This document shows positions 44,484-59,400 of a stretch of DNA of 64,000 bases, in pieces. A model generated the notes under the pieces. It saw only the letters and a list, made by a program, of their open reading frames with translations. It did no database searches and was not told the origin of the DNA. The number at the start of each line of letters is the position of its first letter. Within the stretch, counting starts at the first letter, position 1. The position numbers and the translations under genes are program-made. This DNA is from Heterodontus francisci. Taxonomy: Eukaryota. The stretch lies in NCBI RefSeq assembly GCF_036365525.1, contig NC_090402.1:7295001-7359000 (forward strand), written 5' to 3'.

Positions 44484-47400
44484 CTGTTTTAACAAAGAAA
44501 ACACAAAAAAAAAATAGGCAAAGGCACCAAACCTTTGTGAGTCACAGTAACAAAATACATACTTCCAGTCAAATCAATATTAGTTTTGTTTGCTGATTGG
44601 AGCACTTAAATTTATAAAAAGCATCACCTTCCCTTTTAAGTGCCAATGCTATGCCTTTCCCTGGCAGAATACACGGGCAAGTGATCTGCTCCCAAATCTT
44701 GTGCTGCCTTGTAACTGAATGAGAATGTTACTTGTCACTCAATTTTCCATTCCACTTTGTAGGCAACTATTCAGTTTCTGCTCAGCCCCTTACCCAGCAT
44801 CACAATCAATTACCTGGGAAGGATCCTGAATCTTACAAGCTCAGTGGCACAACTCGTTACAAGATGAACTTCAATGTCAGCAGGTGACATCCACGCATCA
44901 AACACAGTAGCCCACTAACTCATCCCGCGAATCCTTAGCTACATCTATATAGTATTTCGGAGTACTTCAAATTGCACCATGGCCTTGCTTCATCCTATCT
45001 CTAACCTCCTCCTCTCATAGAACCCTCAAAGATCGCCATGTTCCTCTAATTCTGGCATTTTGCACATCCCATTTTAATTGCTGCACCACTGGCAACCATG
45101 CTTTCAGCTGCCTAAACCCTAAACTTTGGAATTCCCTCCCTACACCTCTCTACCTTCCTCTCCTCCTTTAACACACTCCTGAAAATACACCTCATTGGTC
45201 AAGCGTTTGCTCACCTGTCCTAATAGTTCATGTGGCTCGCTGTCAATTTTTGTTTGATAATGTCCCGGAGGCCAAAGAAGAAGAAGAATTTGATAGCGTA
45301 TCTCTTACACCCAACCCTGACAGACTCCATCTGAATACCACTACCAATAAATATATTTTTCTTTGACTGGAATCATGTACTTCATTAATAAAGCCAAACC
45401 TCCTCACTCCTTTTATTCCTTCTGAAAATCTTATCTGTCCTGAAAATTTTATAGCCGAGAATATTTAGAATGACTGAATAGTGCAGTGTAGCCGGCCACT
45501 TGGCCCACTGAGACTGCGCCTGCTCTTTTGAAGCGCAATCCAGGTAGTCTCACTCCCCCTCTTTTGCCCCATATCCCTGCAATTTTTTTCTCCTTCAAGT
45601 ATGTATCTATCTAATTCCTGTTTGAAAGCTATTTGCTATCGAATCTGTATCCACTGCCCTTTCAGGCAGTGCATTCCACATTCTAATCACTCCTTGCATA
45701 AAAAATTTCTCAGTCGCCTCTGGCTCTTTTGCCAATTACCTTAAATTATGTACTCTCTGGTTACCAACCCTTCAGAAATTGGAAACAGTTCCTTTTTATT
45801 TAATCTATCTAAACCCTTTATGATTTTAAACACCTCTATCAATTAACTCCCAGTTTTATTCCAGCTGAAGTGCAGTACTGGCTAAGACTACATCATCACA
45901 TCCTTCTATTCTAACTTGCACCTATGAAGAGTCTGCCCAGGTGCTGCTTAGTGCTTTAACCATGTAGAAGATGTGATCAGCAAAGCCAGAAGATAAGCAT
46001 TCAAATATGACTGGATGCTGATTTTGTTTCATAGGGACCTTCACAGAAATAGACCTGAACTCTAATTCTACAGGTGTAGGTGGTATTGGAAGAGCAGAGT
46101 GATTTGTACTGAATATGTTAAAGGACACATTTCACCAACTGGCAACCAAAATGTGGGGTTGGTTGAGTTCTTCCATGATGCCACTATCTTCCTAGACCCT
46201 CAAAAAAAAAAACAGTTGCAAGCAGCGAAACCCACAAAATGCATTCTGGATCTATTGGGAGTTTGTGTCCAAATATCAAAAGTTAGCTGCCTTTACAGGA
46301 ACAGATCCATGATAAAACTGCTTAAAACATGTAGCAATCCAACTTCCTGTCTTTCTAAAAAACCAAAATACTGTGGATGCTGGAAAACAAATAAAAACAG
46401 AAAATGCTGAAAATACTCAGCAGGTCTGGCAGCATCTGTGGAAAGAAAAACTTCTGATGAAAGGTCACAGAGCTGAAATGTTAACTCTGTTTCTCTCTCT
46501 ACAGAAGCTGCCAGACCTGCTGAGTATTTCCAGCATTTTCTGTTTTTATTCCTGCCTTTCTGGCTTGTTTCATAACTGACTCTGAAGGCGGCTACTTCTA
46601 ACCTGGCATATGTCTCGAAAAATATTTATGAAAAAAAGGTACCCCTCCAATGACCCCAGCACGAAGTGAACACAGTGGACTATCAGCAGCATCACAGTGA
46701 AAGTACAGACTGCAGTACTATCACCAATGACTTGAGACAAGATTCATCCAAAGCTCAACCCAACCATTGTTCTCAGCGATGCTATTTGAGCACCTGTGAT
46801 CTAGCAAGATTAAGAAATCAGAAAAAGCTGAAGAACTTTTTTCTCTAGTTAGGTTTTGATCTGAATTTTTGAGCCTATGAGAGCAAGCTAATAATGAAGT
46901 GAAAATATATATGTTTTTTTAAAAACACTGTTCCCATCGACCTCAATGGCATATGAAAGTTTACAAACATAGGACGTGGTGTGGAACTGCACCACCAAAA
47001 CAGAACTACACCGTGACTTTTAAAAAAAAATATGGACGAGTAGAAGCAAGTTATGTAGCTTTAAGGCCGATAATCAACCCACCTCATGTCTGGGTAACAA
47101 GTTTACTTAAAAATTTTTATGAATAAGCTACATTTGTTTGACCTGCAAACAACTGGGGGTGGAGTGGTGGGGGTTGAGGGACTGGGGGGGGGGGCAGGGT
47201 GGCGGTGGTCAAACGCATTAGTACAAGTCATCTTTCACTGCTTGGCTTAAGAGTCTTGAAAGCACCGTACACTTACACGACAGGGACACAAACAAAAATT
47301 TGAGTATTCAAATCCTGAGTCTACTCCACTTGTATTTGTGGAGTCTTCCCTAGTTTTGGGAAGCATGCTTTAGGGGTAGAAGCAACAAGTCAGCCCTGAA

Positions 47401-50400
47401 TTGAAATGTAAAATTGACAACATAACTTTTTGCTTAATTACTTTCTGTAGAACGATTAACATGTCAGGAGAGATAATGCTGTAATGTCAAGTTGAAATGA
47501 AGAGAAATGTGAAACCACACGGATTAGCAGGTAAAGAAAGTGACTAAGCGCTCCTGCACAACAAACTGTGAAAGTACAGACTACAAGCTAGACGAGAGCA
47601 TTGAAATGAAAGATGAATTAACGTGGGACAGGTGACTATTAGACAGCAATAATATATCCAAAGATACGTCAAATGTGGAACAAATGGCACAAAACCCACA
47701 ATGTAAACCAACATCAACACAGACAGTTCATTAAAAGGTGAATGCATAATGGGTCACAGACTTGCTCCAATTTTTCTTCAAAAGGTCATCAGTAATTCAT
47801 CATAATCATTTTTTACTGAGGGGGAATCCCTTCGCAATCAGCAACAGCTTTAAGTACCTCCAAGGTCTTGGCGTAAGTACAGATACAAAGCAGAGCTAAC
47901 CTTGTTTGCCCAAACAATGTACCTCAAACCCAAACTCAAAATCTCCTTTGATGCAACTTTTTTTTAAAAATTTCCCACTCTGCTCCCATAGCCTCTCTGA
48001 GCAACACCATTTCCGTCTCAAATCTGACAGCTTTCCCTGTTGATTCAAGTCTTTTACGGAGTTCAACTGAAATTGCTGGAAACATGTTATTCCTTTCCAG
48101 TTTGTTTGGTATCTAAACCTAAGACTGCTCATTTCCAAACTATTCAGGATTGCCAAGTCAATTGAGGGAAGGAGCGGAGAGGAAGAGAAAATCTAAATAA
48201 CCTCATGGTCATGTTGACCTGTCAATGAGTAGAGGTACACTGAATAGGGCAAAACTTGAAGAAATATGGTACAAGTTTCCAACAAATATATGTGATCAAC
48301 TTTATATCAAACAGCAGCAAAGGATGAAAAGATCAGGGCATTTTTGCTTAAATTGGAAAAATCCTAGTTGTTTCCACGATAATTGAACTACATTCAGTAG
48401 AAGAAGGGACTTTAAAGCAAGTCTGAGACAACACCAAACACCAGAATTAGAAGAGAAAAACCACGGTGAACGAGAAAGATACAAAAGGATAGTGGTGGAG
48501 CAGGTTGGGAGTTTTGGGTGGAGGGGGGCGGGATGGTGGAGAAGGGAGTGGTGTGTGGGGAGAGGGAGAGAGATGGGTAGCAAGGACTTGTAAGAGGAGA
48601 GGTTAAGTTGGTAGGGAAAAGAAGTCTGGTATAAATGAAGGTTAAAGAGTGAAGGAGAGAGGTAAGGTGAGAAGAGAAAGATAGAAAAACAAGGTGCTGA
48701 GGAGAGATGGAGAGAATGAAACACAAGCCACATCATGGAACAACCATCTAACCTGAAAGTTCTGAAAATGCATCAGTGACTTGCAGTGGGTAAATCTGGC
48801 AGTGGACTCAGAATGGTAGAATTTGTGACACAGCTTGCAGAGGAAACCGGTCACAGGGATCACAAATTCCTGGCCTGTGGAGGGGAGGGGAACCAAGACG
48901 ATCACTGTATGTTACATTGAATGTGCCCTTCTCATCAAAACATACAAATCAAAAGCAAAAAAAGGAAATGCATACAAGAATTTTGTTTAAAACAAAAAAG
49001 TCAGCTGTATAAGAGTTAACAGAAACTTGGCTCTCGGCCTCAGTCAGCGTGATTAGCTTTTTAAAGATTGATGACTATGTGCACAAAGCAGAAATCACCT
49101 TCCAGAATTCAGAGATATATGAAGGTGCTTTTGTGAGAGGAAAGCTTTGTAATGACACCATAATGGAAAGCCATAGCAATGAGTCTGGATACATATAGTT
49201 ATGTTATAGGAACTAGTTTAGTCATCTGCACTAAGCAGATACAAACTAGGTGCATAGAGTGGGTTAAGTAATGAGAATAACTTTTCAGATCTGGGATCTA
49301 ATGTTTGTGAACAAAATAGTTCTAACTAAAGTAAAGGCAATCCAATTAGGAAAAAGAAAATTGAACTTTAAAAGAAAAGCCTCACTCAAACTTGTTTCCA
49401 AAAGTTCTGTTGTGCAGTGTGAACTGATTGACCGTGGGTCCAGCAGCGATCATTAAGCTAAACCATTATTTTCACTGATAAACTCTCCAAGCCAAAACAA
49501 TTAGCTTTTTCTTTAAACATGTACTCAGATAAATTTGGGGTCCTGAAGATGATTAGCTTATGGAGGATGAGCAAAGGTAAAAGACAAAGATGAAGCTTTG
49601 ATACCAGGGCTGAAAGGGTTAAATTATGAGGCTAGGTTGCATTAACTTCTTCTGTGTTCCCTGGAGTTTATATGGTTGAAAGGTGATCTAATCCAAGTGT
49701 TTAAAACATTTAAACAATTCGATAGGCTCGTTAGACAATTTCCTCTGGTGGAGATATCTGGAACAGGTAGTTGTAATCTTAAAACTACAACTAGGCCATT
49801 TGGGAGCAAACTCAGGAGACATTTTTTCACACAAAGGGTAGTGGGAAATCTGGAACTCTCACCCCCGTCCCAGCAGGCTGTGGGTCAACTGAAATTTTCA
49901 AGGCTGAAATCAATAGATTTTTGTTAGGTAAGGGGTATCAAGGGATATGAATCAAAGCTGGGAAATGGAGTTGAGGTTCAGATCAGTCATGATCTAATTG
50001 AACTGTAATGGAACAGGCTCGAGGGGATGAATGGCTGACTCCTGTTCCTAAGTGGTTGGTGGTTCCAGGAAAATCTCACCAACTGCATTGTATTAGAGGG
50101 TGATGAAGGCTGAAATGGGCAGCACAATAGCAGTGTGTACTACAGGATGCTGTGCAACCAGACATTCATGCAGGCATTTGGAACTGGGTAGTCCTGGATC
50201 TATCTTAGATCGGCTCAAAGCTGTGACCCTATTTAGATGAATACAGGCATTGCAGAATGCAGGCATGTCTACTCAATCAGTGATGTCACCCGAGAAGCTT
50301 GGACTGGGAAACTTGGAGGGGAAAAAAAATAGAAGTTTTTTTTTAAAAAAAGGGATTTTTGAAAATCATTTTTCTTTTTAAAAGAATGTAGATATGGGTA

Positions 50401-53400
50401 AGGTATACTTAGAACAAGCAGTACACTGCTACTTTTTCCTTCCCCTCTTAATAAATGGACTATTCCTACTCTGCACACTGACTGCATAAGGTAATCACAG
50501 ATCACCAATCAAACCAGGCAGAATTTGTTTCTCTTTATATTAAGCTGACAATGCCTCCTCTTCCTCCACGACATTAGTGCTCAGTATATTATAAGTCCAT
50601 CATTCTGCTAAGGGAGACTAATGAATTGCTAATAACAATGAACAAATCTGAGGGCAGTTGCATCCTATGGCCTCCATGCAAATCATTTTGCTTAGCAAGT
50701 TTGTCATCAAGTTTGTTTTTTAAACGAAAAAAATGTTGGTGACAGAATTAGAATGAACACTTGACCATTTTAAACCACTGATGTCAATCACAGTGCACAA
50801 CAGTCTCCTAGGAACAAGCATCTTAGAGCAAGCAATACACAAACAAGTGTTTCAAAATCCCAATTCCCTTAGCAACAAACATTGGGAGAAGTTTAAGGGA
50901 GACTCAGACAAGATAAATCACTAGCTTTTTTGTTACTAACCATCTTCTTTAAGCTCTCTCCTCTGCCTCCTCCAAGTGTGACGAGCTCACAGACTTCTGT
51001 CATCAAGATTGAGACCAACAATTCAGTTGCCTCCACTGCATCCTTCCATCCCCCTTGTCCACTAAGGTAAGCTTTCCCTACCCTTGTTCTCTTTCTCTAG
51101 TTTTTAAATACATTCATGGAATGTTGGCATCACTGGCAAGGCCAGCATTTAATACCCATCCCCAATTTCCCTTGAGAAAGTGATTGTGAGCAACTTCTTG
51201 AGATGTCCTTGTGATGAAGGGACTCCTGTAGTGACATGTTAGTAGTAGTGGTTTGGTACAATTGAGTGGCTTGCTAGACCATTTCAGAGGGCAGTGAAGA
51301 GTCACCGCATTGCTGTGGGTCTGCAGTCACATACAGGCCCGACCGGGTAAGGACGGTAGATTTCCTTTCCTAAAGGACGGTAGCGAACCAGGTGGGTTTT
51401 TACGACAATCCAGTAGTTACTGGGTCACCATTATTGATACTACCTTTTTATTCCAGATATTAAAAAAAATTTAATTAACTGAAATTAAATTCCCCAAGTG
51501 CCGTGGTGGGATCCGAACCCATTTCTCTGACTCATTAATTCAGGCCCCTGGATCAATAGTCCAGTGACATAACCCCTGTGCTACAGTAACTCTGCACCTA
51601 GCTTCCTTCTCATTTCCCTTCATGTCCACAACAGGTATATCCTGTCCACAAGACCTAGTTGCTCTCTCAACCTTAATCCTACTAAACTGACCACCCAATT
51701 TCCCTTCCGGGCCTCCATGCTGTGTTAGTTAACGGTTCCCTCCCCTCCCTTTTAAATCTGGCGTCCTCACCCCTTTCATTGCCACTGGCTTAGGCCCCCA
51801 ACACAAGCTACGTTGTCATCACCGATTCCATCCCGCAATCCCCCACACCCCTGCACCAACTCCTAGCCACCGTCTCAGACTGAAACAGACTGTCTGTAAC
51901 CTCGGTGCCCTAATTGACCCTGAGCTGAGCTTTGGACCCTCTAACCTCTTCATCACTACGACTACTTCCACCTCAGCAACATTGCCTGTCTCCACCCCGA
52001 CCTTCACCCATCTGCTGCTGAATTGCTCATTCATGTTTGCGACCTCTCGATGTGCCTATTCCAATGCTCCCCAAACCAGCCTCCCACTTTGCATCGTCCA
52101 TTAACATGAGCTAAACTAAAACTCTGCTACCCATAACCTAGCCCACACCGTGTGCCTTACAACCATCACCTCTGCAGATGCTGACCTACAATGGCTTAAA
52201 TTTAAAATTCTCATCCTTGTGGTCAAATACCTCTATTGCCTCACTCCTCCACATCTCTGTAACCTCCTTCAGCCCTACAACCTTCTGAGAATTCTGCATT
52301 CCTCAAACTCTGGTCTCTAACCATTGGCGGCTGTGCCTTCAGCTGTCTAGGCCCCAAGTTATGGAATTCCCTTCCTGAACCTTTTTGCCTTTCTCTCTTC
52401 CTTTAAGACCATCTCTCTAACTAAGTTTCTAAGTCACACATCCGAATATCTCCTTTGGCTCAGTGTCAATCTTTGTCCAATTACGTTTCTGTGAAGTGCC
52501 TTGGGACATTAGAGGCGCTATATAAATGCAAATGGTTGTTACTAAGTCAATCCAGCTATTCTAATTAAAATTCTCAATAAATCACAGGCTGACACCAAGT
52601 TATTTTACTGGCAGATTATCATTAAATTCTTTAATGTTTTATTTGGGAAAATTGAATAGGTTTTGATGAAAAAAAGCAGACTGAAATATATTAGCTTACT
52701 TCTTTGGTACTCACCATACACAGCCTCTGCGTCGTATGGCTCCTTCTCAAACTCTGACAGTAAAGCCTAAATGTACAAAGCATACGTTTACTTTTTCCTC
52801 CCCTTGCTAAAACTTTACTCAAGAGGTTGTAAAACTCCATGCCGTTTCAGAAAAGCCAAGTAATTAACAAAATCCAGTCAAAAAAGGCTATTCATCCCAT
52901 CAAGCTCAGTCCACCCAGAGTCCACTTAGTTTAGTTTAGTTTAGAGATACAGCACTGAAACAGGCCCTTCGGCCCACCGAGTCTGTGCCGACCATCAACC
53001 ACCCATTTATACTAATCCTACACTAATTCCATATTCCTACCACGTCCCCACCTGTCCCTATATTTCCCTACCACCTACCTATACTTGCAATTTATAATGG
53101 CCAATTTACCTATCAACCTGCAAGTCTTTGGCATGTGGGAGGAAACCGGAGCACCCGGAGGAAACCCACGCAGACACAGGGAGAACTTGCAAACTCCACA
53201 CAGGCAGTACCCAGAATTGAACCCGGGTCATTGGAGCGGTGAGGCTGCAGTGCTAACCACTGCGCCGCCCTTAAGGACATTCCATCACAGATAACCCTCC
53301 CAGACAATCTTTTGATCCCCTATTTAAGGGACATTAAGTTCCTTCTCCTACCTCCCTTAAAAAAAGATCAGTTAGCAATCCCTCTATAATCCCCCTGCTC

Positions 53401-56400
53401 TTATCAATTCTGTTCCTTTTCACAAGGCATTAATTGGTCCCCAATAAACTACCACCTCAGGAGTGACTACTCATTATTTTCGTCATCCTTTGGGTATATT
53501 TTTTCCAATTTCTAACCTTGCTCAGGAAGTTGTAAATTTTGTACGTGTTTTTTTACCCCATGATCACGTCCAAAATTGAACAGTTTACTAATTTCAACCT
53601 TATACCTTTCGTTATTTTAAAAACTCGTATGATAGCTCTGCACTTCCTTTTCTCCCCAAGGATAAGTTTTAAATTAGACTACCACACAGCTTCCACCTCT
53701 GAGCTCGCTAACCCACATTGGCTCTTTGTCTAGCAACACTGCGATTGTAAAATTCTCACCCTTGTTTTCAAATTCTTCCAGAACCCAGCCCCTCCCACTC
53801 TGCAACCCTCCTGAAATCGCTGCTTTCTTTCAATTTCGGCCTCTTGAGCATTCCCAATTATCTTCGCGCCAGCACGGGCGGCCGTGCCTTCACATGCATG
53901 GGCCCTAAGCTCTGGAATTCCCTCCCTAAATCGCTTCCATTAAGACAGTCCTTAAAACCTACCTCCTAGACCAAGCGTTTGGTGACCTGTCCTAGTAACC
54001 CCTTATGTGGCTAAGCGTCAAATTCTGTTTGATACCTCCTTGAAGTGTCTTGGGATGTTTTACTAAGTTAAAAGTGCTATATAAATGCATGTTGTTGTAG
54101 GAGAGGTGCTTAATTTTCAAAAATAAAAACGGATCAACGGAATAGCACACTAATGTAACTGTGAAGACATTTCATCACAGTTAAAACAGTCTTAAGGACC
54201 AAATGGACCAAGGGAATACAAAATGCAAAATCCAGCAGTAGTTAAAAATAAGGCTGCATTTGCTGACAACATAACCACTAGGTGGTGCAGTACTAGTACA
54301 TGTGCAAATGCAGCCTGTTCCACTGAAATCTCATGTCTGCGACATTCAGGCAGCTGCCAGGATTAAAGATGGCGCTGCTCAATTTATCACAGAAAAACAA
54401 CTTCAACCCAAAAATCCCCTCAAAGGTTGCCATCGCCGCCTCCATCCCACCCCCAACAGCCCCCCATTCCCTCCCGCGCATGCGCCAGTTATATAGTACC
54501 TAGTCATCTTAATTCATCTGAAGTGAATTACTTTAGGAGCAGTGACTGTCGTTTCATAATCAAATATGGCAGCACACAATGGACATTTTTTGGTTGCTAC
54601 TCGGAGAACAATGCGCTGTTTAAAGTCTTATCAAAAGGACAGCACCTCTGACAATGCTGCACACCCTCCGTAATTCAGCGAGGTTTCAGTGTCATTCCGT
54701 TCTCTGGCCGCTCGCTCCCCGCTGCCCCCCTCCCCCATCTCTCCAGATACTAGCTCTAGGATGTGCCACTTACTCCTACGCTGCCCCGACACCCCTCGCA
54801 GCCCATCTTGCTTCTTCAGGCGGCGCAGTGAGGAAACATCGAACGTCGGAGCGAGTGGCCAAGAGGAGGGAAGTGGCACGGCCTACAGCTAGCATCTAAA
54901 GGTGGGAGGTGGAGTGAGCAAACTGAAAGCGGGATTGGGGGGGCAGCCGGAGAACAGGATGGGGGGGGAGCAAGTGGCCGTAGAGCAGGGTGGCGGAGCG
55001 AGGAGTGAGCGGCCTGGAGGGTGTATGGGGGGTGGGGGGGGGGGGGGAAGTGAGGAGCCAAGGGGCTAGAGTGTCTTCCTGCGCATGCGGCAGTTAGTCC
55101 TGGCGAGACGTAGGCTGCGCAAGCGCAGAATCTCACTAAGCTCAGGAGACCATTTTTGCATGTGTGCAGCTTGGAGCGCTCCGATGTCAGTGGGCAGCTG
55201 CGTTGTCAGGAGATACTTTGTAAAAATAAAGTTGTGTAATATTTGTAGTCTCCATTAAAATCATATAGCAATTAGAATTATTTGGACTTGTGCAAATGCA
55301 GGGAAATACAAACCATGCTGACAGCGTATTGACAAACCTGCTGAGAATCCCTATCACTTAAACAATCAGAAGCGCTGTCGTCATCCTCCTCAGTCATCCC
55401 TTCTTCATCATCTTCATCAAAGCAACCAACTGCATCTACGGTGATCATGTCCTCTGGATCATCTTGTCCAGCCTGGTCTTTATCCTGAGAGCTACGCTGC
55501 AGCTTAACCTGAAAACAAAAAACAAACTGCAAATATCACTGATGTGCTATTACACAGGTTATTGACGGTAGCATATTCATGCAGCATAAACAGTTGGATT
55601 TTGTGCCAAATGGTATCTACAGAAACAGGAGATAAATGTCTTCATCTGCATGTAGATCCAGAAAACATTTTTCTCGGTCTGTATTTGTGATAGAAACTGC
55701 GGAATGGATTTTGTGGAGGAGGCGGGGCTCCTGACGCTGGGCTGAAAACGCAGGGAGAGCTTACTGTGGCCTTTTGGCGACCACCTCCCACGCCGCCCCC
55801 CCACCCCCCCCAAGAGCGATTCTCCAGTCTTTTTACATCTAAGTTTCACGAGCCAGGATCCCCATCCCCTTAAAGACCAGGAGCCTGCCTCCAAGAGCTG
55901 CCAGCCAATCAGAGGGCTGGCAGTTCAGCAGTACCACCGGGAGCGGAGAGTGAGGCGGGGTTGCTAGGGCTAGTATGGAAGGACCTGGTGAGGGGGAGGT
56001 TTGCGGGGGGGGCGGGGAGGGGATGATCGTGCAGTCTAGGGTGGGGGTAAACTGGTTCCCAGCGGAGGTCCTCTCCACGACAGGGGGCACCCCACCACCA
56101 CCTCCAGCCCTGCCTCAGGGGGGCCCATAAAATCCAGCCCTGCATACGTAAACAAGCCACACCAATATTGCAACCTCCTACAAGTGCAGCAGTACTATCC
56201 GAGCTCATCCGATTTTGTTGCTCGAATTGCATTCGCTCCAACGCAAAAGGTAAGGTGGACAATGTAGGCAAGATCGCATTTATTACCCATCCCTAGTTGC
56301 CAAGAACGTGATGGTGGGCTTCTTCTCAAACTGCTGCAGCTTTTGTGGCGATGGTTGCTCACAATGGTGCCAGGTAGGAAATTCCAGGATTCTGACCCAG

Positions 56401-59400
56401 TGGTGATGAAGGAATGGTGATCTCCCAACATTGCTGCTCTTATTCTTCTTGGTGGCAGAGGTCAGGGGAGGGATGTGCTGTCAAAGTAACCTTGGCTGGC
56501 GAGTTGCTATAATGCACCCAACAGTGCACTGGTGGTGGAGGGTGGATGTTGAATTGAATCCAATGAACTATTCTGTTCTCAGATTGGATAGTGAATTACT
56601 CAGTCTTGGATTCAGGGAAAGCCAAATGCTGTTCAGCCCACCTAACTGAATTGAGTAATTTGGTACAAATGGTTGAGTGGCATGGATTGCCACCCTAGCC
56701 CATAAAGTGCACCCACCTAACTGGAGAGAGTGCTACTGCAAGAAAGAGTCTACAAAATAAGAGAACAGTGGATATAAAAACAAATTGCATGCCCAACAAA
56801 TCTGAAATGGTGCTCTTATGCATCAGAATTGTAACAAAATTGATACAAACATGGAGTCATCAGTGAAATCCACTGAGAATAGACAGATCCATAGAAATGT
56901 ACAGGAACACAAAAGATTATGGTAAATCTGGCTGCCCAAGAATTCAAGAGCAGAATACACTGTCTAAAAAAAGGTCACTGACCCAAAACAGTAACCGTAT
57001 CTTTCTCTCCGCAGATGCTGCCTGACCTGTGTGTTTCCAGTACATTCTGATTTAATTTCAGATTTCCAGAGATTTAGACACTAGGATGAGAATTTTAAAT
57101 TTGAGGAGTTGGGAGATCAGGACCCAAGGTAGGTCAGCGAGCACATGAGTGATGGATGAGCAGGGCTTGGTGCAGGATAGGATGCAGGCTGAAAGTTTTG
57201 GATGAGCTGAAGTTTTACACAAAATACAAAATGGGAGGGTGGCCAGGATTCCATTGTCACCTCAAGGCTTGACTATTCAAAGACACAGGTGAGGGTTTTG
57301 GCAACAGATGGGGCAGAGATGGGCAATGCTGGAGAGGCAGCACTTGTGATGGAGAAGATATGGGATTGCAAGCCGATCTTCGGGTTAAATAGAATGCCAC
57401 AGTTATGATCAGTCTGGTTAAACATGATACGGTGATCAAGGAGGAATATCATCAGCATACATGAGGAGTCCAATCCCATGTTTTTGGATGACATCGCCAA
57501 GAGGCAGTATGTAGAGGACGAAGAGACGGCGGCAAACAACAAATTCTTGGGAGAATCAAGTAGTAAAGGAATGGGACAGGAAGTGAAGCCACTGTTGGAA
57601 ATACTTTCATGATATATTGAATCCAGTTTTGTCTTTGCACACAACGAAGAACATTGACACTCGAGAGGAGGAGCAGAAGACAACTAAGCAGTAAATAGCC
57701 TCAGGGCTTCATGAGTTGGGTTTATCCACTTTAAAGAAATGCAGGCTTAGAGGATATATGATTTTGATATTAAAAATGATAGGGAGATTGTATTTAGTCG
57801 AGTGGGACAGACTATTCAAGCTGGACAAAGGTAATGGGAGTAGAGGTATGCATATAAAATTGGTAGACAAAGAATTATGTTAGATGCCAGGATGTATTTC
57901 TTTTCAGACAGGTCATTGACCACACAAATCTCGCAGATCCCACGCTTGAAAATGGCTCTGTAATGTTCCAGATAAAAATACTGTACCCTCTAACAAAAGC
58001 ATTTGTAATTTAGATAATCTGTGGACAAAGGGCAGATTCAGCTTCATGTGCCTCTACTTAATAGAGGCTTTAATGACTTATTAATACAGTGTTTCATTCG
58101 TATTTTTCAGGACATACATTTCAGTCTCCAGGGAGGCTGACATTTTAACCTGCATATCAAAAGCATGTAATGAGTTTTAATGGAGTCCTTCCAGCTACTA
58201 AACAGATTAAAACCTGCAACGTAGGTTTATAAGAATTATACCTGGACTACAGGGGTTAAGTTACGAGGAGAGATTACACAAATTAGGCCCGTTTTCGCCA
58301 GAATCTAGAAGGTTAAGGGGTGATCTGATCAAAGTCTTCAAGATATTAACAGGAAAAGACAGGCTAGAAAAAGATAAACTATTTCCACTGGTTGGAGATT
58401 CTAAAACTAGGGGACATAGTATAAAAATTAGGACCAGACCCGTTCAGGAGAGATGTTAGGAAGCACTTCTTCATGCAAAGGGTGGTAGAGGTTTGGAACT
58501 CTCTCCCACAAACAACAGTCGAAGCTAGAACAGTTGTTAATTTTAAATCTGAGATAGATAGATTTTTGTTAAGCAAAGATATTAAGGGATATGGGCCAAA
58601 GGCAGGTATATGGAGTTAGGCCGCGGATCAGCCATGATCTCATTGAATGGCGGGCAGGCTCGAGGGGCTGAATGACCTACTCCTCTTCCTATCTTCCTAT
58701 AAAATGACAGCCATAATTCCTCTGATTAGATATAAAGAACAAGGAGAGTGTATACAACTGGATCAACTTTTGCAGTGTGCTATGAATTATTTATGATAAT
58801 TTGAGTAATAATACATTTGCAGGTTTTTCAGAAGGTGAGTCAAGTTTAAATTGAAAAATCTTTCAGCATAGGTGCCCAGGGCCCAGGCAGTATTATGCCT
58901 GCCTCTGAAGCAGGCAGTGGGCAGGTTCAATCCCTCATCACTAAAGTTCACCTACCATTGTTGGCAACAGTTCAGTTACCAAGTCACTGATGAAGTACAC
59001 ACTATTGGAAGTTATTTCATCTCAGGGGGATGCAACATGGATGGGTCTGATTACTCCAAATATCTCCTGATGATCTAGAGCAAGACTGTCGAACATCCGG
59101 TCCGCCAAAGGTTTCCATCCAGCCCATGGATGTATTTTAGAGATGAGAAATTTTCCTTTGGCATCCACACGAACAGGAAGAAAGGACTTCAGTTTTATGT
59201 CTTATTCAAAGGAGGTACTCCTTTAGTACCACACTAGAATGTCAGCCTACCACTGGTGTGGAGCTCAAACCCACAACCTTCTGAAACAGTGGCGCAGTGG
59301 TTAGCACCGCAGCCTCACAGCTCCAGCGACCCGGTTTCAATTCTGGGTGCTGCCTGTGTGGAGTTTGCAAGTTCTCCCTGTGTCTGCGTGGGTTTCCTCC

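Noticed and set aside
43795-44596. Plus-strand ORFs of 198 aa and 162 aa
   Set aside because: They are antisense shadows of the low-complexity CIZ1 terminal exon.
50935-51020. Purine-rich minus-strand segment resembling an extra CIZ1 exon
   Set aside because: There is no convincing acceptor, and exon 52715 joins exon 48874 in phase without it.
58950-59160. Possible CIZ1 cassette or poison exon
   Set aside because: The splice signals are weak, the frame I translated hits a stop, and the flanking exons already join in phase.
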